Below are positions 53,204 to 63,114 of a DNA stretch of 64,000 nucleotides, in pieces (position 1 is the first letter of the stretch; every line of letters begins with the position of its first letter). The position numbers and the translations under genes are program-made. The DNA is from an uncultured Smithella sp. (lineage in GTDB: Bacteria; Desulfobacterota; Syntrophia; Syntrophales; Smithellaceae). The notes beneath the pieces were generated by a model that was given only the letters and a program-made list of their open reading frames with translations, ran no database searches and was not told the origin of the DNA. The stretch is taken from assembly GCA_964394715.1 (NCBI GenBank), contig CAYMYR010000001.1:24895-88894 (forward strand), written 5' to 3'.

Positions 53204-55663
53204 TTATTCACCCAGTTTTTCTTCAGAAATTCTCATGCTGTAGAAGGAACGATACACGAAAATCAAAGCGATCGCAAAGAAGACGGCGGCCAGACCATAC
53301 TTCAGGTTCTGGTTCGTCATGGTCACTGCGATTTCTGTTGCAAGAAGACCAAACAGGGTCGTAAATTTGATGACCGGGTTCAAAGAAACGGAAGACGTAT
53401 CTTTGAAGGGATCGCCGACGGTGTCGCCGACAACGCTGGCTTCATGCAGCGGGGTGTTTTTCATCTTCAGGTCAACTTCAACAATCTTCTTGCCGTTGTC
53501 CCAGCAACCGCCGGCATTGGCCATGAAGATCGCCTGGAACAGGCCGAAGAAGGCAATGCCGATCAGGTAGCCGATGAAGAAGTAGGGGTTGAAGAACGAC
53601 AGGGCCAGACACATGAAGAAGATCACGATAAAAATGTTGATCATACCCTTCTGCGCATACTGGGTACAAATCTGAACAACTTTCTTGGAGTCTTCAATGG
53701 AGGCTTCGGCTTTATCCAGATTGATATTCTTCTTGATGTACACAACGGCCTGATAAGAACCGGTGGTCACGGCCTGGGTCGAAGCACCGGTGAACCAATA
53801 AATGACTGCGCCGCCGACGATCAGGCCCAGGATGATATCCGGCTGAACCAGAGACAGCATAGCGGCAATATTGAAATTAGGATCCTTTGCTTGTCCAAGT
53901 GTGGCAAGCAGGATGATGATGCCGAACACCATGGTGGTAGCGCCGACAACGGCGGTGCCGATCAACACGGGCTTGGCTGTCGCTTTGAAGGTATTGCCCG
54001 CACCATCGCCGGATTCCAGGTAATGCTTGGCCAGTTCAAAGTTGGGGTCAATACCGTATGCCTTCTTGACAACATCTTTCGCATCTTTGCGGGATTCGAT
54101 CATTGACAGTTCATAAATGGACTGTGCGTTGTCGGATACCGGCCCGAAGCTGTCGACTGCGATGGTTACCGGGCCCATTCCGAGGAAACCGAAGGCCACC
54201 AAACCGAATGCGAACACCGGTGCGGCAAATGTAAACTGTTTGGGCATCAGGGCCATAACCGCCTGATTCTGAGAAACCAGATAAGCAATAAACATCAAAA
54301 ACGCAATCACCAGACCTATCCAGAAAGCCGAGAAGTTACCCGCGACGAAACCGGACAGGATGTTCAGAGAAGGACCGCCCTGTTTGGAGGCGTTAACGGT
54401 TTCTTCACAGTGACGGGATGAGGTACTGGTGAAGATTTTCGTGAATTCCGGAATCAAGGCGCCAGCGATGGTTCCGCAACTGATGATGACCGCCAACGCC
54501 CACCAGAGATCTGCATACTCAGGGGCAAGGTCGGAACCCAGCAGGACATAGCTGGCAGCAAAAGTCACAGCGATCGAAACAATCGAGGTAATCCAGACCA
54601 GGTTGGTCAGCGGATGTTCAAAATTGAATTCTTTCTTGCCCGCAAATGCAGCGTTGCTGATACCATTGTTGACAAAGTAGGAAAGCAGCGAGGTGAGGAT
54701 CATGAGGATTCTCATGGCGAAAATCCAGATGATGAGCTTGCCGCCCATTGCCGGGTTGGTGGCTAGAGCCAAGGCCAGGAAGGCGATCAACGCAACGCCG
54801 GTAACACCGTAAGTTTCAAAACCGTCTGCCGTGGGGCCGACGCTGTCACCCGCGTTGTCGCCCGTACAGTCAGCGATAACACCGGGGTTTTTCGGGTCGT
54901 CTTCGGGAAGATGGAAGACGATCTTCATGAGGTCGGAACCAATGTCGGCAATCTTGGTGAAGATACCGCCGCAGATACGCAGAGCGGAAGCGCCCAAAGA
55001 TTCACCGATCGCAAAACCGATGAAGCAGGGACCGACTACTTCTTTGGGGATGTAGCCCAGAATGATGATCATGAAGAAAAGTTCGATGCTGACCAGCAGA
55101 AGTCCAACGCTCATGCCGGAACGCAGACAGATATTCACGATGTTCAGGGGATTTCCGGAAAGTGATGCAAAAGCGGCGCGGGAGTTGGCCACGGTGTTGA
55201 TCCGGATACCGAACCAGGCCACCGAGTAGGAGCCCAGAATACCCAGGATCGAACAGATCAGAATGATCACAATTTCTCCTGCGGGCATTCCGGACAGAGC
55301 GCCGAAGTAGTAAATCATACAGATGGCAATCAGGATCCACAGCGCGATAAGGAATTTGCCCTGCTGGAATAAATAGGTTTTACAGGTCTCCCAAATGGTC
55401 TGGGATACATCCAGCATCGCCTTGTGTGCGGGCAGATTCTTGGTCTGCACATACTGCATCACACCGAAAATGAGCCCGATAACGCAGATCACCAAACCTA
55501 TATTGAGAATCATCATACCGGAAAGCTGACCTCCTATAAAGCTAACCTGGGTCAGGTCCGGCAGCTTGATGTCTGCCTCGCCGGCAAATGCCGTACCGGC
55601 CATGAGCAGTGTCATAAAACCGCTCAGTAAAAATGTCCAAATACTTCGTTTGTCTTTAAACAT
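53204..55663 (-). CDS. hppA: membrane-bound pyrophosphatase (ion-translocating), long divergent form
   Basis: The protein reads GGIFTKIADIGSDLMKIV...PEDDPKNPGVIADCTGDNAGDSVGPTADGFETY. It continues DGAGNTFKATAKP, AGGCWDNGKKIVE and VGDTVGDPFKDTS. The true ATG is at 55663 (GGAGG 8 nt upstream). The pth stop lies 3 nt upstream. Confidence 0.9.
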   Translation of the reverse strand: MFKDKRSIWTFLLSGFMTLLMAGTAFAGEADIKLPDLTQVSFIGGQLSGMMILNIGLVICVIGLIFGVMQYVQTKNLPAHKAMLDVSQTIWETCKTYLFQQGKFLIALWILIAICMIYYFGALSGMPAGEIVIILICSILGILGSYSVAWFGIRINTVANSRAAFASLSGNPLNIVNICLRSGMSVGLLLVSIELFFMIIILGYIPKEVVGPCFIGFAIGESLGASALRICGGIFTKIADIGSDLMKIVFHLPEDDPKNPGVIADCTGDNAGDSVGPTADGFETYGVTGVALIAFLALALATNPAMGGKLIIWIFAMRILMILTSLLSYFVNNGISNAAFAGKKEFNFEHPLTNLVWITSIVSIAVTFAASYVLLGSDLAPEYADLWWALAVIISCGTIAGALIPEFTKIFTSTSSRHCEETVNASKQGGPSLNILSGFVAGNFSAFWIGLVIAFLMFIAYLVSQNQAVMALMPKQFTFAAPVFAFGLVAFGFLGMGPVTIAVDSFGPVSDNAQSIYELSMIESRKDAKDVVKKAYGIDPNFELAKHYLESGDGAGNTFKATAKPVLIGTAVVGATTMVFGIIILLATLGQAKDPNFNIAAMLSLVQPDIILGLIVGGAVIYWFTGASTQAVTTGSYQAVVYIKKNINLDKAEASIEDSKKVVQICTQYAQKGMINIFIVIFFMCLALSFFNPYFFIGYLIGIAFFGLFQAIFMANAGGCWDNGKKIVEVDLKMKNTPLHEASVVGDTVGDPFKDTSSVSLNPVIKFTTLFGLLATEIAVTMTNQNLKYGLAAVFFAIALIFVYRSFYSMRISEEKLGE

Positions 55664-55666
55664 CAA

Positions 55667-56260
55667 CTATTCCTCCTTTTTAAGAAAATTTATATTTTTT
55701 GTCTGGTACTTGCCTATGGCTTTCTGCAGACCGTTTAAAACAATTTCAGCACACGCATCGGCCGCCCGGCTGATAACCTCCGGCAACACCTCCTGCTCTT
55801 CCTTCCGGAAAGGTTCCAACACATAACCCTCTATTCGGGATTTGTCAACTGGTTTGCCAATACCCAGTCTCACCCGCATAAAACCGGAAGTTCCCAAGTT
55901 AGACTCGATAGATGCCAGCCCTTTATGACCGGCAGTCCCCCCGCCGGACTTGAGGCGTATCGCCCCGAAAGGCAGGTCGAGATCATCGTGAATAACGATG
56001 AGATTGCTGATATCCGTTTTAAAGAACGACTGCAACTGCCTTACCGCAGTACCACTCAAATTCATGAATGTTTGAGGCTTGGCCAGAAGAAGATTCTTTC
56101 CGGCAATGGTTCTTTTGCCCCATAATGCATTGAAACTTTTATGTTTTAACTCTACTTCCCACTCTTTGGCGAGTTTTTCCAGCACCATGAAACCGATATT
56201 GTGCCTTGTCGCCCCGTAGCGTTTCCCCGGATTTCCCAGACCGACGATCAGATTCGCCAT
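55667..56260 (-). CDS. pth: peptidyl-tRNA hydrolase
   Basis: The protein starts MANLIVGLGNPGKRYGATRHNIGF and continues VIHDDLDLPFG.IRLK.GGG.AGH.GL.S. The start is at 56260; the ORF-track start at 56317 adds 19 non-homologous residues. Confidence 0.94.
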   Translation of the reverse strand: MANLIVGLGNPGKRYGATRHNIGFMVLEKLAKEWEVELKHKSFNALWGKRTIAGKNLLLAKPQTFMNLSGTAVRQLQSFFKTDISNLIVIHDDLDLPFGAIRLKSGGGTAGHKGLASIESNLGTSGFMRVRLGIGKPVDKSRIEGYVLEPFRKEEQEVLPEVISRAADACAEIVLNGLQKAIGKYQTKNINFLKKEE

Positions 56261-56344
56261 TTGCTCCCCCTCTTTTCGAAAACGAAAAAATAATTTTTTC
56301 AAAGCAGAGGGAAGCATGATTTACCACCCGGATATCGCTTAGCT

Positions 56345-57007
56345 TTATTTTTCCTTTTCTTTCTTTTCTTCTTTGGCCGGTTCAGCTGCGGCAGTCGTTG
56401 CACCCTCCACCGGTGCTTCTTCAGCGGCGGCCTCAACCTTCACAACCTTGACAGCGGCGACAGATACAACCGCGGCCTCCGGAGGATCCAGATGAGTCAG
56501 GTTTTCAGGAAGCTGGATATCCTTTACCTTGATAGAATGACCGATCTCAATGGGTGTGATGTCCACATCGATATGATCGGGCAGATCGGAAGGAAGACAT
56601 AAGACCTTGATATCACGCTTGATATGCTGCAATTCGCCGCCATTCTCAACACCAATCGCCTTTCCTTTAAAATTCAGGGAGACTTCGAACACAAGTTTCT
56701 TTTTCATGTCCACTTCGTAAAAATCCGCATGATACAATATCCCCGTCAGTGGCTGAACCTGCAGCTCCTTGATCAGTGAAAGTTTCTCCACTTTCTTGCC
56801 GCCGTCATCAATAATCAGTTTGATAAACGCGTGATCTTTCTTCTCCTTGTGCAATTTTAACAGATCAGCGCTTTTCACGGTCAGCGAAATGTTCTCCGTG
56901 GACCCACCGTAAAAAATAGCCGGCACAAATCCCTGCTGCCTTAGACGGCGGGCTGGACCCTTCTTCTGTTCTTTACGGACTTGCGCCGTCAAATCGGTTA
57001 CTTCCAT
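56345..57007 (-). CDS. ctc: 50S ribosomal protein L25 / general stress protein Ctc
   Basis: The protein reads KGPARRLRQQGFVPAIFYG, followed by a Ctc-type two-domain body and a low-complexity A/E/K-rich tail. Confidence 0.9.
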   Translation of the reverse strand: MEVTDLTAQVRKEQKKGPARRLRQQGFVPAIFYGGSTENISLTVKSADLLKLHKEKKDHAFIKLIIDDGGKKVEKLSLIKELQVQPLTGILYHADFYEVDMKKKLVFEVSLNFKGKAIGVENGGELQHIKRDIKVLCLPSDLPDHIDVDITPIEIGHSIKVKDIQLPENLTHLDPPEAAVVSVAAVKVVKVEAAAEEAPVEGATTAAAEPAKEEKKEKEK

Positions 57008-57021
57008 TTACCCCTCTCCTC

Positions 57022-57963
57022 CTAAATAAATAATGAACTTACTGAATCGTTATAGTAGATGCGTCGCACGGCTTCTGACAACAAGCCGGAAACCGACAAT
57101 ACTTTTATTGTTTTACAACCGGCCGCTCTTTCACTCAACGGAATGGTGTCAGTGACCACAAATTCCCTGATATTAGAGTCTTGGATGCGATCAATTGCCG
57201 GACCGGACAAGACCGGATGCGTGCAGCAGACGGAAACTTCGAGAGCGCCTGCCTCGGAAAGAGCATTTGCCGCCTGAACAACTGTACCTGCTGTATCGAC
57301 CATATCATCCAGGATGATGACCCTTTTGCCTTTCACGTTACCGATAATGTTCATCACCTGGGCCTCATTTGGACCTTCACGCCTTTTATCGATAATTGCC
57401 AGTGATGCTCCCAGTCTTTTACCGAAAGCACGGGCCCTTTCCACACCACCGGTATCCGGTGAAACCACCACCGTGTCATCCTGATAATTTTTTTTCATAT
57501 AATCAATCAAAACCGGCGTGGCAAAAAGATTATCCACGGGAATATTGAAGAACCCCTGAATCTGCCCCGCATGCAGATCCATGGACAAAAGCCGCTGGGC
57601 GCCTGCGGTCGTGATCAGATCAGCCACCAGTTTTGCTGAAATGGGCGCACGGGGAGCAACTTTTCTGTCCTGTCTGGCATACCCGTAATAAGGGACAACA
57701 GCGGTGATCCGGTCAGCCGATGCCCTCTTCATGGCATCGATCATAATCAGCAGTTCCATCAGGGTAACATTCACCGGTGTGCAGGTGGATTGAATAATGA
57801 AAACATCCATTCCGCGAACATTTTCATTAATCTCAACACGTGTTTCCCCATCACTGAAGGTTGTGACGTTGGCCTGCCCGAGGGATACGCCCAGTTTCTG
57901 ACATATTTTTTGCGCCAGAGGAACATTGGCGTTACCGGAAAAAACCCTGATTCTTTCTAACAT
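57022..57963 (-). CDS. prs: ribose-phosphate pyrophosphokinase
   Basis: The protein reads F.G.AN..LA..I...LG...G......F.DGE. It continues [18 protein letters not shown] and [11 protein letters not shown]. Confidence 0.96.
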   Translation of the reverse strand: MLERIRVFSGNANVPLAQKICQKLGVSLGQANVTTFSDGETRVEINENVRGMDVFIIQSTCTPVNVTLMELLIMIDAMKRASADRITAVVPYYGYARQDRKVAPRAPISAKLVADLITTAGAQRLLSMDLHAGQIQGFFNIPVDNLFATPVLIDYMKKNYQDDTVVVSPDTGGVERARAFGKRLGASLAIIDKRREGPNEAQVMNIIGNVKGKRVIILDDMVDTAGTVVQAANALSEAGALEVSVCCTHPVLSGPAIDRIQDSNIREFVVTDTIPLSERAAGCKTIKVLSVSGLLSEAVRRIYYNDSVSSLFI

Positions 57964-57989
57964 TTAGCTCTATCTCCGCAATCGTAATC

Positions 57990-58064
57990 TGGCTGGGGCG
58001 GGAGGATTCGAACCTCCGAATGCAGGAACCAAAATCCTGTGTCTTACCGCTTGACGACGCCCCA
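57990..58064 (-). tRNA. tRNA-Gln (anticodon UUG), CCA encoded
   Basis: The reverse complement is TGGGGCGTCGTCAAGCGGTAAGACACAGGATTTTGGTTCCTGCATTCGGAGGTTCGAATCCTCCCGCCCCAGCCA. The acceptor stem TGGGGCG pairs with CGCCCCA. The anticodon stem CAGGA/TCCTG closes the loop TTTTGGT, and the T-arm is GGAGGTTCGAATCCTCC. Confidence 0.95.
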
Positions 58065-58104
58065 TCGTCACTCTATTATGTGTAATTACAAATACATACA
58101 TCTA

Positions 58105-58965
58105 TTACAATGATTGGGCAAAGAAAACCAGACAATCTCCGGAAACTTTTTTCAAAATGGCATCCTGCGCTTCTTTCGCCGATTTTTCATCAGCAAAAAC
58201 ACCAAAAAGCGTAGGACCACTGCCCGACATCAATGCACCGAGGGCGCCTTCATCCAACAGCAATTGCTTGAATGCATTCAATTGGGGATGCATTCGAAAC
58301 GATACTGCTTCTAAATCATTATGCAATTCCCGAATTACGTCACCTAGTGCGTAAAACCGCGGAATACTATAATTATTTTTTTTCTTTGTCAATGCTAAAT
58401 TCAGGTTTTCGTAAACCTTTCTTGTGGAAAGCTCAAAGGCCGGATTGATCAAAATGATGTTCAAAGGAGGGAAATCTGGCAGGACTTGAAGCTCGTCTCC
58501 GATACCGGTGGCAAATGCCCGGGACCCAAAAACAAAAAAAGGGACATCTGCACCGAGTTTTGCTCCAAGTTTTAGCAGGTCAGACTGACTCACGTTCAGT
58601 GAACACAAGTCATTTAAAGCCACCAGCGTGGCAGCCGCATCGGAACTCCCTCCCCCCAGACCAGCGGCGGAAGGGATCTTTTTTGTCAAAACAATTTCAA
58701 CGCCGCCCGTATAACCCGCATGCTGAAAAATGGCACGTGCGGCACGATACACAAGATTTTTTTCATCTGTGGGGAGATCTGTCCCCGGACAACAAAGCTT
58801 TATTCCATCGTCAAACTGGGAAAAAGTTAACTCATCGTAAACAGATATCTTCTGCATAACGGAAGCCAGATCATGATAACCGTCCGGCCGTTTTCCCAAA
58901 ACATGCAATGAAAGATTGATTTTTGCAGGTGCAAGCCTTTGCATTTCAGGCTTTTTCTTTAACAT
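58105..58965 (-). CDS. ispE: 4-diphosphocytidyl-2-C-methyl-D-erythritol kinase (MEP pathway)
   Basis: The protein reads APAKINLSLHVLGKRPDGYH...K.IP.AAGLGGGSSDAAA (GHMP kinase motif). The start is 58965 or ATG 58944 (MQRLAPAKINL). Confidence 0.93.
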   Translation of the reverse strand: MLKKKPEMQRLAPAKINLSLHVLGKRPDGYHDLASVMQKISVYDELTFSQFDDGIKLCCPGTDLPTDEKNLVYRAARAIFQHAGYTGGVEIVLTKKIPSAAGLGGGSSDAAATLVALNDLCSLNVSQSDLLKLGAKLGADVPFFVFGSRAFATGIGDELQVLPDFPPLNIILINPAFELSTRKVYENLNLALTKKKNNYSIPRFYALGDVIRELHNDLEAVSFRMHPQLNAFKQLLLDEGALGALMSGSGPTLFGVFADEKSAKEAQDAILKKVSGDCLVFFAQSL

Positions 58966-59335
58966 AGCGCATTTTCAGTTCATATAAAACGCCTTTAATT
59001 AAATTATCTTCATTCTGGTCAAGATTGCCTTTGGTTTTATCGTTAAGCATATCCAGAATATCAATAGTCTGCTTTACTGCTGGCAGATTTTTCTCTGCTT
59101 TACCCCCTTCACTTTCAGGGAAATCGCCAAAATGAAACAGGGCCGACGTGCTGAGTGATATGACGAAGTTTGTAAAATTTACCGGAGGATAGTCGTCACG
59201 CAGCTCCGCTCCGGATCCCGTGGCATCTTGTGCGGACTTCTCCTGTGCCGGGGCAGGTTCTTCCTTGCGCTCCGGTTCATCTGTAAAACGCCTGTCCTTG
59301 ATAACAAAACCTTCTCCTTTGGTTTCTTCTGCCAT
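58946..59335 (-). CDS. DUF1844 domain protein
   Basis: It starts MAEETKGEGFVIKDRRF and continues PPVNFTNFVISLSTSALFHFG...NL..AKQTIDILDML..KTKGNL, which is typical DUF1844. The start is the ATG at 59335. Confidence 0.7.
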   Translation of the reverse strand: MAEETKGEGFVIKDRRFTDEPERKEEPAPAQEKSAQDATGSGAELRDDYPPVNFTNFVISLSTSALFHFGDFPESEGGKAEKNLPAVKQTIDILDMLNDKTKGNLDQNEDNLIKGVLYELKMRYVKEKA

Positions 59336-59349
59336 AAATCCCTCCTCAA

Positions 59350-59495
59350 AATATAGGCTATTAGACTGTAGACTGTTAGCCAAACAATAACTAATTAGGC
59401 TATTAGGCTGTAGGCTGTTAGGCAGTCAAGAACTACAGCCAAACATCCTAATAGTCTAAAAGCCTACAGTCTAAATGCCTAAATTTAACAGTCTA
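59350..59495. repeat. cluster of AGGCTATTAGACTGTAG-type repeats in direct and inverted orientation
   Basis: The left part is taggctattagactgtagactgttagcc ... ttaggctattaggctgtaggctgttaggc. The right part carries inverted copies, cctaatagtctaaaagcctacagtctaaatgcc. The 17-mer at 59355-59371 is identical to 11423-11439. Confidence 0.8.
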
Positions 59496-59499
59496 TAGT

Positions 59500-62085
59500 C
59501 TATTTCTTGCTAAACGTAATTTCCCCCTTGGAAATTCCGACGACAATATGATCTCCTTCGGAAAATTTTCCGGATAAAATATCCATCGACAGCGGATCGA
59601 GAATAAGCTTCTGCAAAGAACGTTTGAGCGGCCTTGCCCCATAAACCGGGCTGTAACCCTGTTCGGCTATATATTTTTTGGCCGCGTCTGTCAATTCGAT
59701 GCTGAGCTTGCGTTCCTGGAGACGCCTGTCGATCAGATTCAGCTGAATATCGACGATTTTATAAATGTGTTCCAGCTTCAGCGCATGGAACATAATGATA
59801 TCGTCGATGCGGTTTAAGAATTCAGGTTTAAACGTCGCACGCAGCACTTCCATGGCACGGTTTTGCTTCTCCGTATCGTCAAGAGAGGGGTCCTGAATCC
59901 ACTGGCTGCCTACGTTCGATGTCATGATCACGACGGTGTTCTTGAAATCCACCGTTCGACCGTGCCCATCTGTAAGCCTGCCGTCATCCAGAATCTGCAG
60001 CAGAATGTTGAAAACATCCGGATGTGCTTTCTCAATTTCATCAAAAAGCAGAACCGAATAGGGTTTTCTCCTGACAGATTCGGTCAGGTAACCGCCCTCA
60101 TCATATCCGACATACCCCGGAGGAGCCCCGATCAGACGGGCCACCGCGTGTTTTTCCATATACTCGGACATATCAATCCGGATCATCGCCTGCTCATTGT
60201 CGAACATGAACTCCGCCAGAGCCCGGGCCAATTCGGTTTTACCCACACCGGTGGGGCCCAGGAAAATGAAGGATCCGATCGGACGGTTCGGGTCCTGCAG
60301 ACCCGAGCGTGCCCTTCTGAGAGCCGAAGACACAGCCTCAATACCGTCATCCTGTCCGATCACGCGCATCTTCAGGCGTTCATCCATATGAATCAGCTTC
60401 TGCACATCGCTTTCCATCATGCGCGAAAGCGGAATGCCCGTCCAGTTGGAGACCACCTCCGCCACATCTTCGGCATCCACTTCTTCTTTCAGCATCTGAT
60501 TGTTTTTCTGGACTTCCTCAAGTTTTTTCTGAAGTTCCTGAAGTTCACGGTCAAGTTCCACCAGTTTGCCATAACGGATTTCCGCCGCGCGCGCCAAATT
60601 GCCTTCACGCTGGGCGTTCGCTTCCTCTATTTTCAAAGCTTCCACCTGGCTCTTGATCTGCTGAATTTTTTTAATGACGTCCTTTTCCGCGGACCAGTGC
60701 ATCTTCATCTGGTCCATGCTGGACTTGAGTTCGGCCAGTTCTTTTTCAATCTTTTCGCGCCTCTCTTTCGCAGCCTTGTCCGTATCTTTCTTCAGGGACT
60801 GCTTTTCAATTTCCAGCTGAATGATTTTCCGGTCGATCACATCAATTTCTGACGGCATGGAGTCCAGTTCGATCCTCAAACGCGAGGCTGCTTCATCGAT
60901 CAGGTCCACCGCCTTGTCCGGCAAAAACCGGTCGGAGATATACCGGTGCGACAAGGTGGCGGCGGCCACAATAGCGGAATCCTTGACACGGACGCCATGA
61001 TGCACTTCATAGCGCTCCTTCAGGCCGCGCAAAATAGCGATGGTATCCTCAACGGTCGGTTCCTTAACCAGAATCGGCTGAAAACGCCTCTCCAGCGCAG
61101 CATCCTTCTCAATGTATTTGCGGTATTCATTGAGCGTCGTCGCCCCCACACAGCGCAGCTCACCTCTGGCCAGGGCGGGTTTGAGCATATTGGAAGCGTC
61201 CATGGAACCTTCCGATGCGCCGGCGCCGACCATCGTATGAATTTCGTCGATGAAAAGGATGATCTCTCCTTCCGCGCTGATGACTTCCTTCAGGACCGCT
61301 TTCAGCCTTTCTTCGAATTCCCCACGGTATTTCGCCCCTGCAATCAAAGCGCCGATGTCCAGACCGATGACGCGTTTGTTTTTCAGGCTTTCCGGAACGT
61401 CCCCGTTGACAATACGCTGGGCAAGACCTTCCACGATGGCCGTCTTGCCAACACCCGGCTCACCGATGAGCACGGGATTGTTCTTCGTACGCCGTGAAAG
61501 AACCTGCATGACACGGCGTATTTCTTCATCCCTGCCGATGACCGGATCAAAGGAACCTTTGCGGGCCAGTTCATTGAAGTCCCGGGCATAGCGCTCGAGG
61601 GCCTGATACTTGCCTTCCGGGTTCGGATCGGTGACCCGCTGGTTACCGCGGATATCGACAAGAACCTTGAAAATACTGTCCCGGGTAATTCCCGCCTGAC
61701 GCAGGATCTTTCCCGCCTGTCCCTCTTTTTCTTCAGCCATGACAACCAGCAGATGCTCCGCGCTGACATATTCGTCCTTGAGCTGAGCCGCCTCGGTCAT
61801 TGCCTTATCGAATAATTTATTGAGTCTGCCGCCCAGATAAACCTGGCCTGCTGAAGAACCCTGAACACTCGGCTGTTTTTTCAGATATTGGTTCAGGTCC
61901 TGCTCTATTTTCTGCGGCGACGCGTTTAACTTGTTCACAATTGCAGAGACGATGCTGTCTTGCTGCTTAAGAAAACAGACCAGCAGATGCTCCGGTTCGA
62001 TCGCCTGGTGTCCCAGAGACCCCGCCAGCGACTGCGCGTCCTGAAGAGCTTCCTGTACTTTCAATGTGAATTTATCAAATCTCAT
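59500..62085 (-). CDS. clpB: ATP-dependent chaperone/disaggregase ClpB
   Basis: The protein is 861 aa with a Clp_N domain. It has two AAA+ modules ([15 protein letters not shown] and [15 protein letters not shown]) and a long M-domain coiled coil between them. Confidence 0.97.
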   Translation of the reverse strand: MRFDKFTLKVQEALQDAQSLAGSLGHQAIEPEHLLVCFLKQQDSIVSAIVNKLNASPQKIEQDLNQYLKKQPSVQGSSAGQVYLGGRLNKLFDKAMTEAAQLKDEYVSAEHLLVVMAEEKEGQAGKILRQAGITRDSIFKVLVDIRGNQRVTDPNPEGKYQALERYARDFNELARKGSFDPVIGRDEEIRRVMQVLSRRTKNNPVLIGEPGVGKTAIVEGLAQRIVNGDVPESLKNKRVIGLDIGALIAGAKYRGEFEERLKAVLKEVISAEGEIILFIDEIHTMVGAGASEGSMDASNMLKPALARGELRCVGATTLNEYRKYIEKDAALERRFQPILVKEPTVEDTIAILRGLKERYEVHHGVRVKDSAIVAAATLSHRYISDRFLPDKAVDLIDEAASRLRIELDSMPSEIDVIDRKIIQLEIEKQSLKKDTDKAAKERREKIEKELAELKSSMDQMKMHWSAEKDVIKKIQQIKSQVEALKIEEANAQREGNLARAAEIRYGKLVELDRELQELQKKLEEVQKNNQMLKEEVDAEDVAEVVSNWTGIPLSRMMESDVQKLIHMDERLKMRVIGQDDGIEAVSSALRRARSGLQDPNRPIGSFIFLGPTGVGKTELARALAEFMFDNEQAMIRIDMSEYMEKHAVARLIGAPPGYVGYDEGGYLTESVRRKPYSVLLFDEIEKAHPDVFNILLQILDDGRLTDGHGRTVDFKNTVVIMTSNVGSQWIQDPSLDDTEKQNRAMEVLRATFKPEFLNRIDDIIMFHALKLEHIYKIVDIQLNLIDRRLQERKLSIELTDAAKKYIAEQGYSPVYGARPLKRSLQKLILDPLSMDILSGKFSEGDHIVVGISKGEITFSKK

Positions 62086-62097
62086 ATTTCCCTCTCT

Positions 62098-62970
62098 TTA
62101 TTCTACCGGTTTTTCAATGGTCACAAAAAGCCTGCCGTTCTTGAAGACAGTGACGTCTCCCGTGGATTGCGAAACAACGATGGCAACGGCTTTCGTCAAA
62201 TTGGTGATGCCCGCCGCGGCAATGTGACGGCTGCCCAGCCCCGACGGGAAATCCCTGCTTTCCAGCGCCGCGCTCAAATGGCGGCCCGCCGTGATGATGA
62301 CCCCATTGGACTTGATCACAAAGGCGCCGTCAATGGAAGAATATTCCTTGATGGTTTCTTCCAGGTCCGGATTCAGGATATTTCGGTCTTCTTCCGGATG
62401 CCCCTGGAACGGATTCATGATCATCTGCCTGGACAATTGCATGACCTTTTCATCGTCGCCGAGGACAAAGATCGTGCCGACCTTCCGGCTCTCCCTTCCC
62501 TGGGCGGCGAGTTCACAGGCAATATTCAAAACCGCATTAAACACTTCAGGTTCAACAGCTTCCACAATATCGCTGATGAAATCGTATGTCAGGATTTCGA
62601 ACTCTTTTCCGACATCTATAAAGAAAATGCTGTCGGCATAACCGAATTTCGGCACGCCGGATAGACAGATAATTTTGTCATTCCTTTTGAGAAGACCGGA
62701 CACGATGCCTTTGGCTATCGCGATTTTTATTTTTCCCATACGCGTTAAATTCACATTGGGAACATCCAGTTTCCTCACATATTTTGCCAGCATTTCCGGC
62801 AGGTTTTCATTCTCCTGTGTGACCAGAATAAAATGGATGGATTTTTTTACATCTTCCGGCAGTTCCGCGAACTCTTTTTTCACATCCGCGCAAAGCAGAA
62901 CAATGCCGGCTTTCACATCCCTGGCCATTTTGACGGCCGATTCGATCATCACCCTGTTAACTGATTTCAT
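62098..62970 (-). CDS. diadenylate cyclase with N-terminal pyruvate-kinase-C-terminal-like domain (DacZ/CdaZ-type architecture)
   Basis: The C-terminal DAC domain reads GTIFVLGD...DGAFVI...G.I..AG..L...........GLGSRHIAAAGIT....A.AIVVSQSTGDVTVFKNG. The N-terminal ~130 aa alpha/beta domain resembles PK_C (AVKMARDVKAGIVLLCAD...). Only 12 nt, containing the RBS AGAGAGGG, separate it from the clpB start. Confidence 0.7.
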   Translation of the reverse strand: MKSVNRVMIESAVKMARDVKAGIVLLCADVKKEFAELPEDVKKSIHFILVTQENENLPEMLAKYVRKLDVPNVNLTRMGKIKIAIAKGIVSGLLKRNDKIICLSGVPKFGYADSIFFIDVGKEFEILTYDFISDIVEAVEPEVFNAVLNIACELAAQGRESRKVGTIFVLGDDEKVMQLSRQMIMNPFQGHPEEDRNILNPDLEETIKEYSSIDGAFVIKSNGVIITAGRHLSAALESRDFPSGLGSRHIAAAGITNLTKAVAIVVSQSTGDVTVFKNGRLFVTIEKPVE

Positions 62971-63114
62971 TTCAATTCCTTAGATTGCTTTTCCATAGAA
63001 TAAACATTGATGGTTTTCCTGTCAAGACACCTGGCATTTGAATAATTTTCTTGACCGGGAAAACACTCTTCGATACATAAACACGATGTTAAATTCATTG
63101 AGGAGGCCCAAGCG

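Noticed and set aside
59863-60852. A 329-aa plus-strand ORF, with a second one at 60946-61497.
   Set aside because: Both are antisense to clpB. They are shadow ORFs with no recognisable motifs.
62971-63114. A sigma-32-type promoter (CTTGAAA...CCCCAT) or a CIRCE element upstream of the DAC-clpB operon.
   Set aside because: Only sigma70-like hexamers are visible: TTGACA-17-TATTCT on the minus strand and TTGACC-17-TACATA on the plus strand. I found no CCCCAT -10 and no TTAGCACTC-N9-GAGTGCTAA.
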